NCBI RefSeq assembly: GCF_964355755.1
Contig: NC_092672.1
Location: 1,798,001 to 1,862,000 of the forward strand
From: Antedon mediterranea
Lineage: Eukaryota > Animalia > Echinodermata
DNA: 64,000 nt
Reading direction: 5' to 3'
The notes beneath the pieces were generated by a model. That model was not told where the DNA came from, did no database searches, and saw nothing but the letters and a program-made list of their open reading frames with translations. A program made the translations under genes and the position numbers. Below are positions 12,401 to 25,100 of this stretch, in pieces. Numbering within the stretch: the stretch's first letter is position 1; every line of letters starts with the position of its first letter.

Positions 12401-15400
12401 GTAAATTTCAGACATGCGAGTCTGTTAGTTTTCCCCAGTTAGTTGTCCCCCAGTTAGTTGTCCCCCAGTTAGTTGTCCCCAGTTTAGTCTATAGCATGCA
12501 TATTACATTAGTTAGCATTTGTTATGAACATTTTGATTTTCATTCATTGACTGTGTGTCTGGAGTATGTTACAATTGCATTTATTATCCAGTGTTCTCGT
12601 GAATTTTGCGCAATGTTTCCCCCATTCCATAGCATACATGGGTATGGCAATCTGGGTATGGCAATCTGGGTATGGCAATCTGGGTGTGTCAATCTGGGTG
12701 TGGCAATCTGGGCATTGTTATACACATGCTGAATTTCATTTGTATTATGTATTTCTATTTTATATACAGATACATCGGATATGCTCTATCTGCCTAGGAA
12801 CACCTCCTGGCACATTCACTTGGGAGTTTTATGACAAGAACAAGGCGTACCAAAAGATAGGACCTATTACACCAAAGGAGTTCTATGAGAAGCATGTCCA
12901 GTCCTTGTTTAATGTCAATGATAAGGTAAAGCCAATATTATTGCTAGTGTAAGTGCATATTGTTTTTCTGAAAACAGTGACTGAAATTTTGAAAAAGTAT
13001 TGGAATGTTGAAAATTCTCATTTTACACTAAATAACAAAAATTCAACAATCTAGATGCTAAGTACTGTATATCCCTTTGTTCATATACTAATTGATATGC
13101 TAATTTATATGCTAATTTAGTGTCCAAGGTTATGTATGTGGGTTGCATTTAATTGGTATTAGTATTACCATGGAGAAATAACTTATTTCTCCATGGTATT
13201 ACAGTTTATTTTTAACTTGGTTTTATTGAACTTCCGTTTTATCAGAATATTATCTGTTTTAATCTTGTCTACCTTTATTTTTTATACTCATATATTTTTA
13301 TATTGTTAATTTATTATGTGTGCCGCTGTTCAAAAAGCGTTTTCCGAATAAATTATTATTATTATTATTATTTCTTGACTTGGAAACAAATTAATTGTAT
13401 TGTTTATTAATTTTGGCAAAACACAACACAACAATAGTGAGCCAACGAGTGGAAAAAGACCACACAAGCTTCTGTCAACAATTAGGCGTGGCACTCTAAC
13501 AGCCCTTCACAAGTTTTTCGCTTTTGTGGGTTTCGCCGATCTTATTTATAATTAATTTATCACAAACTTTGTACATAGAAACGAAAAGAGAAATAAATGT
13601 TACAATGATGATGATGAACTAGAAAATAACAAACTTAATTATACATGATTTTCCACAATAATAAGTACAGTATTTAGTTCATTTGAAATGTTTTTAAATT
13701 TTGTTTTGCAGCTTTGTTTTGTAAATGACCCAAGGCCATCAAATCCTTACAGCAAGTTGTACACCGTGGATTATCTAGGCAACATGATTGGTGGACGTAA
13801 AACACTTTATATTAATCAACCAATCAGCACGATGAAGCAAATGGCTGCCGCTTCTATCAAGGCTGGACAGGTAAATACAACAGTAGTCTAAACTGGCTCA
13901 ACTTTGACCTGGCTGGTGTGAAATATGATATGAAATCAACAGAATTTTATTGGTCAAAAAAGGAAATTTGTTTCATTGAAAAGCTCAAACAATTATAAAT
14001 ATCAAAAATCATGAATACAAAAATACAAGTGTAGATAAAAAGATCTTTTAAAAATAAGAATAAACATCAAACAAAAAATATAAAAAACACTATATATTAT
14101 AAACATATCAAATGAATTATAAAAAAAATATATATAGCAGTATATACAAATTTAAAAAATGCAGCGTTACATATAGGTTATAACAAATTAACCAATCAAA
14201 TTGCAAGGATACTCTTAAGTTTATAATACAACATAAATCCACAATATAAATAAGAAATATCTTTTAAATTCCAGGCGGTGTGGTTTGGATGTGATGTTGA
14301 TAAACACTATCATGGCAAGTCTGGAGTTTTAAACTTGGACCAGTAAGTTATTGATTAATATTGATTTTAATCAATCAGTAATCTATAAGAGATTTGGTTT
14401 TTGCTATTGCATGCATCAACATGAATGGATTGTACTGGCAAATTTGGAACATTTCAACTGGGAAAGGTGTTTGGATGGGGGTGACGCCCCTCCCCTTCTC
14501 CTCCTTGATCTTTACCACATTTAAACTACAGATAGGTGTGGTCACGGAAGCCTCCATTCAATTTTGAAGGGAATCTGGACCAGGACGACATTTTTATAAT
14601 TTTTTTAGCTAATCTCAGGTCGTACATCAAAACTATATCGTTATTACAATTCTTGATCCTTTTTTCTCTTTTTAATCCTGACGTATCTTGCAACTCTCTG
14701 ATTGCTCATATTATTTATCTTTCAGGCATGATTACGCTTTAGTATTTGATACAACTGTTAAGGGTCTATCAAAGGCAGACAGACTGATATATGGAGAGTC
14801 ACTGATGACCCATGCTATGGTGTTCACAGCAGTGTCCATTGACGAATCAGAAAGCGCAGACGACGAGAAGACAGAGAATGGAATAAAGACACTGAAATGG
14901 AGAGTTGAAAACTCTTGGGGGGAGGAAAGAGGAAGCAAAGGTTACCGTATACGTCGTTACTTTCGCAGTGATTTAATTTTTGCGATCGGGAACCTTTCCA
15001 CTTTATACTTGACCAAAAAGTTTGTAATCTAAGCTACATTAGGCCTAGGCTAGCTCTCTACTTTAATTTAGATGATGTTTTTAGCCTTTTTCAACATATT
15101 TTAATACCTGTTTTTCTTCTAAGCACTGCTCAGGGGCCCCCATGAGCTCCGGTTTAGCCAGTGAGTGATCATAGCCGTTACGCCGCTGGCAATAATGTAA
15201 CAAATCTAAATAACTCTTTTATTCTATTTGAATTTTCATATCTTAGAATTGTTCATTTAATTTACCTTCATTTATTGCAGGATATCTGATGATGACTGAT
15301 GAGTGGTTCTCTGAATATGTGTATGAGGTTGTGATAGACAAGGAGTTTGTTCCAGAGGATCTGTTGGCCATCATGAAGCAAACGCCAATAGTGCTGCCTG

Positions 15401-15486
15401 CCTGGGATCCAATGGGAGCCCTAGCTGGCAGCTCCGCAGCCAATCACACTCAATCAACTCATGTACCACATGCCAAACAGTTTTAA
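9425..15486 (+). CDS. BLMH: Bleomycin hydrolase (peptidase C1B), 10 coding exons
   Basis: Exons 9425-9446, 9848-10002, 10118-10267, 11291-11521, 12108-12200, 12770-12925, 13712-13870, 14275-14342, 14726-14940, 15281-15486, all GT-AG and phase compatible. Motifs: NQKATGRCWIF (catalytic Cys), DGGQWDM, VWFGCDV, MTHAM (His), WRVENSWG (Asn), LPAWDPMGALA. Confidence 0.96.
10612..11238. mobile_element. Non-autonomous DNA transposon with TTAA target duplication (Kolobok-like) in BLMH intron 3
   Basis: TTAA|AGACCCCTTCCCTGC ... GTAGGGAATGGGGCT|TTAA: imperfect TIRs starting AG and a CpG-rich interior. Confidence 0.6.
11535..11790. mobile_element. Two adjacent, partly truncated MITE family A copies just after BLMH exon 4
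   Basis: Two right TIRs (~11640-11663 and ~11762-11789) plus internal 21-bp repeats. Confidence 0.8.
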
Positions 15487-16094
15487 TGATAATATCTAAT
15501 GGTCTAGAGCTGAGACTAATATTTTATATTGTGTGTGTTCCATGCTAGTAATATTGACTTATATCATGGCTTAAAAAAGGTTTTAACTAAATTAAAAGGG
15601 GTTTTTACTAAATTAAATATGTATGTTTGGGAATAAATGATTAATTAACTAACTAACTAAATCCTTCCATCTTGAATTATCAGGGAAAATATATTATTGG
15701 TTTGTTTATGGATTCCTTTGCAACCCCTCCATATATTGGCACACGTGGCATGCCATACCTAACTCCTACTGATGAATAGTATTGAGATGTTAAAATAGAC
15801 ACATATTGTTGGAGAAAAGAATATGAAGTTGGAATCTACTTAAGAAATATTATTTATTCTAATATAAATATTATTTTTATTCAAACATTTTAAACAAATT
15901 TAAGGGGTGGATGAATTTACAAAATAATGATAAACAAAATTAGATGATGAAATAAAATACTATTGTTTTTCAATAATAATATTGAGTGTACAGTTTTGCC
16001 TTTTTTTATACAAAATTACAGTACAACAGGTATGGTCCAAAAAATTAGAAATTGAGGTTTATATGTAAGCGCACGTACGGCGACCGTTTCTATA

Positions 16095-16103
16095 GTCACA
16101 TGA
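16095..16103 (+). promoter_or_regulatory. M-box/CLEAR-like E-box (GTCACATGA) just upstream of the VPS33A ATG
   Basis: The reverse strand TCATGTGA is the MITF/TFE-family M-box. It lies 18 bp from the ATG, in a very short intergenic region. Confidence 0.4.
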
Positions 16104-16121
16104 TTGAAGTCCAAAATAAAG

Positions 16122-19100
16122 ATGGCGCATCTAAATAGTGGTAGTGGGCGTGTAAATCTTGCTCTAAAATGGAAAGAAGTTGCACAGAAAGAATTATTAG
16201 AATGTTTAGATAAATGTGCAGGAAGTAAGGTATCGTATAAACGTTTAAATTCAACAAATCGTTACCTTTGTCTGATGTAAATACGATGCGAAAATCCGTG
16301 TAGGCGCTAGGCCTCTAGAGGCTAGCTAATAATAATAAGCTAGGCCTAGGTAGGCGCACCTTACGAACAAATGTGAACGTGGTGTAGAATCCAGGACGAT
16401 TCGACCCATTTTAGTCCTTTGTTGGACCGAAACGTCTCACTTTCTAGAGACCGATATAGTGGGCCTACTAGGTACGGGAGAGGTACGGTGGTATAAATTT
16501 CGGACATTATAAACTAGGCCTAGCTAGGCCTATAAAGGGATCATCGGGGTGACAGATGACATGTGTGTTTGGCGCTACTGCAGTTTCGCACCACACTGTT
16601 ATATCTTCGACTTCTCGCTTAATTTTTTTCTCGCACCCACATCATACAGTTTTGGGCCATTCTGTAACATGTTCCCATGATTTAGCCACCGTTATATTAC
16701 CTTTATCACAATAAAAAATGCCTTTCAAAACAGCTCCTTTTCCGCGAAAACTTTGATCGAACTGTGGCCATTTTAGAATCAGAAAATTGCCAGAGCAGAA
16801 ATCAATGTTTTATTTTCTGTTTTTATTTTTAAACTGCAAAGAGTGGTTTTATCACGAACCAGCTGTACATATCAAAACGGCGACGATATGAGTCCGTACA
16901 TAAAACATTGATAGGACCTTTTAATATGAATAATAATACTAATAATGAAATATTAATTTAACCTCTATTTCGCCAGCTGATAGACTTGCCCCAAGTCTGT
17001 ATTTATTGTCTTTTTTAATATTTATTTGTTTTTATTTCGACCGCGATTTTTCTCTGAAAATACAGACTTGTGAAACACGTATAGAAATCGATTTGCAGAC
17101 CGCAAACATCCGATAAGAATGACGTAGGTTATCATACCGTATTTGGCTATATGGGGCGGGCGGTATGTAAATATGGATTTCGAATCAACCAATGATCATT
17201 TTGTTTCAAAATGAAAAAGATAGAGTACGTACAGTGCTGAATGTACGATCGAGACTGAACAACTGTTGAAATATAAAATCGTGTTGCCAAGTTGTTTTGT
17301 TTATTAATTGTTTAGTCCTGGCCTAGGCCTCCTTCGTAGGGATACTCAACTCGTACGTATGACCTGCCAAATAGAACGCCAATAAAGTACATACCACCAC
17401 CGACCGGCACACAACAGGGCTACACCGGCACACAACAGGGCTACACCACCACACAGAACAGGACAGGGTATGGCTGGGTGGGAAATAAATTAAATTATCT
17501 CCGCATAATAAATGATCCATTCAATGTTTGATTTGCGGAGAAGCTAGCCTATCATATCAAGACGAGTTTTCATGTTCTTGGGAAAAATCCCATCAAATGT
17601 TTACCAGACTACTAGGCATATAAAATCATTTTTAGCTTTCAGAAACTGTCATCAATGTACCCAAGTGCACATTGTCTAAACGTAATATAGCGCATGCGCA
17701 TCGTCTTAGATGTTGAGTCTTTGAAATTCTGAAATATGAATATTAAAACAGTGTACGAGTGAGTAGCCAATCACATGCAGCTGAAACTAGTCAACCGGAT
17801 AATCGTATGCACCAAGAATTCTTGGTGTCAAACCACGTGACTTGTGCGTGTTTTCCCAGACGGAGTATCCAAACTCAAGTAATACACGTATGAAACGCCA
17901 TATGTGCAAAAATATTTATATTTTTACTAATATTAAGACAAAACTCCGTCTGGAGCCCAGACTAGCCAGCTGAAAACATTTCTTGCCTTTCAAAACTAAA
18001 TAGGCCTATAATATGTGTAATCGAATTTTATAACACTGCCTTCTATAGTTTCTATATTTTTTGGGGAAAATGAAGCATACATTCTGGCAATTAAGTGATA
18101 AGATGGCGAACATTTCGCAGTGGTGTGTTGACAGCGAGTTCAGTATGGTTTAAAATGTTTTGAAAAGTATTGTTATTTAACAAAAATTACTTCGTAAGTG
18201 GTCGAATCGTATAAACATGTTGCATAATATTATGTTGTGAGTGTGAAAAAGGAAAGTTTTGGTGAGAAATCAAAGATATAACAGTGTGGTGCGAAACTGC
18301 AGTAGCGCCGTGTTTTTCACCTCTTGTTGTTGGCTTGTCTCTTGTTATGTAACCTAGTAGAAGGCTAACTCTACCCCTCCTCTAGCTACTCGAGTCCTAC
18401 ACTACACAGAATGCAGCACTAAAAAAGTAGTTATTTTTCAGGCTATTGTTTGGGATGACCCACTTATCAGTTCAGTTGGTCTAATTGCTGAATACTCATT
18501 ATTAAAGGTACAGTAGTCTATATTAATACTTGTAAGATTTACATTTTCTTAACAAATAAAATTAAAAATTAATGTATTTAAATGTAAAACAATGAATGAG
18601 GCAACATTGCAAACTATTGTTGGTTAAGATACAACATTTTTTCCTACATTTTGAAACACAAATTAAAACATTCGTTACTACTGTGTTTGTGTAATGAATA
18701 CTAATAATAACTTGTTTGAACTTTCATTTATTTAGAATTGTTCCTACTAATACCTGTCTGTGAGTTTACAATTAAAGGTCTGTCTACACTATCAAAGTTT
18801 ATGTGACAAAAAAATGTAATGTGCCCAAATATGGACATGATGATGTAATGTCACTACCATATTTGAGCACATAGCACATTTTTCGTCACACTAGTTTGAT
18901 AGTGTAGACAGAGCTTCATATACTAAATCCAGTACATTAATTTAACCATTACCAGGAAAATGAAGTTGAAAAGATGTTTCCTCTGCGTGCTGGTCGCTTG
19001 CCACAGAACAACGTCCAAAACGTCATATTTATCACAAGACCGATACTGAAGCTGATGAGATTGGTGGCTGAAAACATCCGAGAAGAAGAAAAAGTGGGAA

Positions 19101-22100
19101 GCTTTAGGAAAGAGTATCACATATTGTTTGTCCCTGGGAAGAGTCTGCTGTGTGAAAACAAACTAAAGGTATGCATCAAGTTTTCTTTGCTTGAGGGTGG
19201 AGGAATAGTTGTTTTTAATGTAAAGACTGTAAAGCTCTGTCCACACTATCAAACTAGTCAAAAAAAGTGTGATGTGCCCAAATATGGTAATGATATGACA
19301 TCATCATGTCCATATATGGGGACACCACATTTGGTTTGTCACAAAGTTTGATAGTGTGGACAGAACTTAAAGCTACCATATTGACTACTATATTTAAGTA
19401 GTTTAGTTTCTTTAGTAGTATTCATAATGTTAAACTTGCTTTGTTAGTATTTTAATAATATGGACTAGGCCAATCCAATCCTTAAAAAAAAAAAAAAAAT
19501 CGCTTTTATTTCAATAAAATCAACATCCAAAGTTTATAAATCAAGGAGGCCAGGTTGTATGCAATTTTTACAATATATTGTTTTTTTATTCACAGTCTTT
19601 TTGTGATTTCTTTATTTAGGAGCTAGGAGTGTATGGAACTCTGAACAACATTGGTGAATTTGGCTTGGAACTTCTTCCCCTTGACAGTGACCTGTTATCG
19701 ATGGACATGACTTCTATTTTTAAGGTTTGTGGCCAGTCAAATCCTAAAGCTCTGTCTACTCTATCAAACTTTATGTGGCAAAAATATGTGATGTGCCCAT
19801 ATATTGACATAATATGTAATATAACTACCATATTTGGACATATCGCTACCATATTTGGGCAAATCACATTTTGTCAAACTAGTTTGGTAGTGTAGATAGA
19901 GCTTTATAGATGAATTAACTTCCATACACTGATTAATTGATATACCACTTCTGTCCATAAATTAATATTACATATTTCAGGAATGTTACCTGCATCGTGA
20001 TCCAACCGGTATGTTTTACATGGCAAAGGCTTTAATGAAGATACAGGCATTGTATGGAGTGATCCCAAACATCTATGGCAAGGGAGAATACGCAAAAGTA
20101 AGTTTAAATTGACATGTCAAAGGTTATTTTTTAGTGAATAAAATAAATGTTTTTTTTCTCACTGAATTTGTTATCATTTCAAAACATCCAAAAGTATGTA
20201 ACTCCCAAATTACAGGATGGATAAACTATATCATTTGAAGCTTAAGCTCTGCCTACACTATCAAACTTTATGTGAAACAATCATGAGTAGAAACAATCAT
20301 GAATTAGGAGTAGAAGCAATCATGAATTACAACCCTGACATCAGTTCATCATTGAACCCTGAACCAGGATTGAACCCTGACACTAGGTCAGGATTGAACC
20401 CTTGAAAAGCAAACATGTTAACCACCAATAATACCGCTGCGCTACATTGTATTATTATTCATATTTCAGCAAGTATCTGATATGATATTAAGAATGAGAC
20501 GTGAGCTGGCGGTCAGTGAGCGTCAGATTACACCGCAGATTGACACGGTTCTGCTACTGGACAGGACAGTGGACTTACTCACACCGTTAGCAACTCAATT
20601 GACCTATGAAGGTCTTATAGATGAAATATATGGAATATCAAACAGTAAGTACTGTTGCACCACTTTGGATTGGTTTTTAATTTGTTGTCAATCAGTAAAG
20701 TAAAGCTCTTGTCTACACTATCAAACTAGTTTGACAAAAAAAGTGTGATGTGCCTAAATATGGTAGTGATATGCCCAAATATGGTAGTGATATAACATCA
20801 TCATGTCCATATATGGGCACATTACATTTTTTATCATAAAATTTGATAGTGTAGACAGAGCTTTAGGTTTGCAATACAACTGAATTGACATTATAAACTT
20901 TAGGTAGAATATATTCACAATACCTTTTGTATGGTCAGGCAGACAAAGAAATCTGTGTTCTTTTTACTTAATTTTTGTTTTGTTATGGGTTGTGATCCCT
21001 AAGCACAGAGTGTAAAGCTCTGTCTACATTATCAAACTAGTTTGACAAAAAATGTGATGTGTTCAAATATGGTAATGATATGACATAATTTTGATAGTGT
21101 AGATAGAACTTAAGTGATAGTACTTAAGTGTAGATAGAACTTAAGTGGATTAAATATCTGTTGTGTTTGTGCTGAAATATAATCATTCTTTTTTTTTATT
21201 TTGTGTAGCGACAGTTAAACTTCCAGCTGCCAAATTTGCCAAAAAGAATGAAGGGGACCAAACGGACGTCGCGGCAGAACCAAAAAAGTTCCACCTTAAT
21301 TCTGGAGATGAACTTTTTTCCATCGTCCGAGACAGAAACTTTCACGCAGTTGGAACAGAACTTAGTAAAAAAGCCAAGATATTATCTGCTCAAGTTGAAG
21401 TAAGTATGCAAACGTTTCAGAGCACATCACTACATACAAATGCTCACAAACAACAGTTTTTGTTTTGTGAGCATGTTCAGATGTTTGTTACACTCCAATG
21501 CTTCATGGTCTATGGTGTTCACAGTGTAAATCTCGATGTGCTAAATGGTCTCTGTAAAATCTTTCCTTTTTGGTAGGAAAGAAAAGGTGCTAGGACCGTA
21601 GGCGAGATAAAAGAGTTTGTGTCAAAATTGCCGCACATTACAGCCGCAAAGCAGTCCTTGGCTACTCGTGAGTATAACATTGAGTACAATTAGGTTGATT
21701 AGTGATCACTATTAAAAAGCTTGTGTTCTTTTACAGCTGAGAGTAAATTATTAAAGATGGTATTACAGTCAACTCTCCCATTACCGGACTCTTTGAAAAC
21801 CACAAACTCTCCCAAAACCAACCTTTTCTTGAGGACCAAGAGGTTCCAAATTCTTTTTTACTATTAAAAACACATTACGAATACTAGACTTTCCGGAAAA
21901 CAGACATATTAGGCCAACCCACCTTTATCCTAGATAGTTTTTTTTAGTACTGTAATAACCAATGTTAGAACGAAAGAACAGTTATATTTCAAGGACTTCT
22001 TATAAATGTTATCTTTTTTTTTATATCAGACACGTCAATTGCAGAACTTGTTAAAGAAGTAACGGACAAAGACACATTCCTAGAAACATTACACATGCAG

Positions 22101-25100
22101 CAAGGTACGGCAATAGTTAGTGAAAAGGTTTATCGGGATCTTAATTGGTTATCCGCACTTGGCGGATAACCTCTTGTTATTGTCAGGATCTTTTTTTTTT
22201 TTTTTCTTTTTTTTTTTTTTCTATATTCTTCTTTCTTTCCACGAATTTTGTTGGTCGCGTATCTCTAATTCTGGCCAACATAAAGTTGTATAACTTTGTG
22301 AAAAGATTGCCCTGTAGCTGTAGATGTGCAAGAAACTTTTTTTTATGAATTTTGAGTCGCGCAGCGTAAGTTACGCGCGATTTTATGAATTTCAATGATT
22401 GATCATAGAATAAAAACTAAAAGTCATTTTGTATAGAAACTTGGTGAAAATTTAAGTCATATTATGCGCTAACTTTCTATGGAGAGAAAATGGCATGTTT
22501 TACAAAAAGTTACGCGCGCACGCGCGTTTAAAATTTCAAATTGCGAAAAATCAATTTCTAATCAACTTTCTACGCGTTTCATGTCATTTTGGGCATTTCA
22601 AAAATTCCCACGCGTGCGCACTTTTTTTACGCGCCCGTGCGCACGTAGCGCAAAAACATCTTTTTTTTGCTTGATTTTTGTTTTTTCTGTCTTTTATAAT
22701 ATATTTACCAATTTTCAATCAATTTTGCCTTAAAATCTCGTTATACGAGCACGTAGAATTAAACAATTTGCGCGCAATTTTGATGAAAAAGTCCAAAAAT
22801 TTGTCAAAATTATGCCTTTTTTTAAACAGTCATAGATTCTAAACTACGTGGTAAACTTTTTTATAATTACATATTCTGGTAGTAGATGAGTTGTAGATAT
22901 CGAATCATGTATCAATATGGCTATCAGGACATTGTGACGTCATCGTATGGCCACTCGAATATAAAATATAGGATTTTTTTCTCTTTCGTATAGCTCATCA
23001 CATTTCATAGAGCGCATCTCCACTTATCCGTATTCCATTGCCCTCCATTTCTTTATATTGTCTATGTCAATCAATTATCTTTCGCATGATTCACCATTTT
23101 AAAAATTGTTATGACGTCATCATGTGCAAAAGCGTCAATAACTTTGGTCACTTATTTTCACCTATTCTGAACTGTATGTAGTACGTATACGGTATATAGT
23201 GTATACCGTATACACTTTGACGTGACACAAAATAGAGAGCGCACTCACATTTTTTCAATGGCATAATCGTTTTTCTGCGCGCAATATTCCAACGTATAAC
23301 GTGCACGTGGCTTTAGGACTGCGGATAACCTAACTCGTCCGTAGTGACGAGTTCAAATCTAGTATTTATTTGTTTCCTTCCACCCTTCTCCCCCATTTTT
23401 TGTGCGCAGCGTATCTCTAATTCTGGCCAACATATGATTGTATAACTTTGTCAAAAGATTGCCCTGTAGCTGTAGATGTGCAAGAAACTTTTTTTTTCAA
23501 ATTTCGAGTCGCGCAGCGTAAGTTACGCGCGATTTTGTGAATTTCAATGATTAATCATAGAATAAAAACTAAAAGTCGTTTTGTATTGAAACTTGGTGAA
23601 CATTTAAGTCATATAATGCGCAAACTTCCTATGGATTAAAAATGGCATGTTTCATAAAAATTTACGCGCGCACGCGTATTTAAAAATTCAAAATGCGAAA
23701 AATCAATATCTAATCAACTTTCTACGCGTTTCATGTCATTCTGAGCATTTCAAAAATTCCCACGCGTGCGCAATTTTCTTACGCGCGCGTGCGCACGTAG
23801 CGCAAAAACATCTTTTTTTTGCTTGATTTTTGTTTTTTCTGTCTTTTATAATAAATTTACCAATTTTCAATCAATTTTGCCTTAAAATCTCGTCATACGA
23901 GCACGTAGAATTAAACAATTTGCGCGCAATTTTGATGAAAAAGTCCAAAAATTTGTCAAAATTATGCCTTTTTTTAAACAGTCATAGATTCTAAACTACG
24001 TGGTAAACTTTTTTATTATTACATATTCTGGTAGTAGATGAGTTGTAGATATCGAATCATGTATCAATATGGCTAACAGGACATTGTGACGTCATCGTAT
24101 GGCCACTGGAATATAAAATATAGGATTTTTTTCTCTTTCGTATAGCTCATCACATTTAATAGAGCGCATCTCCACTTATCCGTATTCCATTGCCCTCCAT
24201 TTCTTTATATTGTCTAGGTCAATCAATTATCTTTCGCATGATTCACCATTTTAAAAATTGTGATGACGTTATCATGTCCAAAAGCGTCAATAACTTTGGT
24301 CACTTATTTTCACCTATTCTGCACTGTACGTAGTACGTATACAGTATATAGTGTATACCGTATACACTTTGACTTGACACAAAATAGAGAGCGCACTAAC
24401 ATTTTTTCAATGCCATAATCGTTTTTTTGCCCGCAATATTCTAACGTACGACGTGCACGTGGCTTTTGCGCTGCGGATAACCTAACTCGTCCGTAGTGAC
24501 GAGTTCAAGTCTAGTAATAATTTGTATTTTATAAAATTTTATTTTTTATGATCTGAGAAACTGAATAATTATGATAAACTTGCATTTCATTCACTTGCTT
24601 TCGATGGTTTATCCACTCGGCTTAGTCACGAGTGAGTTCATGCACCTTGTGAACGGTTCTGTGAAACCTTGCTTTGTTGTAGCACCATCTATTGAACGTT
24701 TTTCCAAATGGGAGTATGGGAGACTCTTCCTTTAGCACTACTTAGCTTATATTATGTTTGTATTTATGTGTTAGAGTTTTTGAGTGGATCAGACACGGAC
24801 AAAGTAAACAACTTTATAGAAGATTGTATCGGCAAGAAAGAACCTTTAGTCAAGGTAAAATAATTTCTCCAAATTGTTTATGTGTGCTTTCTAATATATG
24901 TAGTACAGTCAACTCTCCCAATACCTGACACTTTTGGGCTGTCCAAATACGTCTGGTTTTCCGGAAGGTCTTGTATTGGGAATGTGTTTATAATGGTAAA
25001 AAGGAATTTGGGACTGTTTGGACTTAAGAAAAGTCTGGTATTGGGAGAGTTTCCAGTTTTCAGAGAAGTATTTGGAGAGTTGACTACATTATGTAATAAG

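Noticed and set aside
14941-15032. Alternative BLMH C-terminus by read-through of the weak donor (GYRIRR...)
   Set aside because: It would delete the essential conserved C-terminus; normal splicing to 15281 restores the canonical sequence and there is no evidence for retention.
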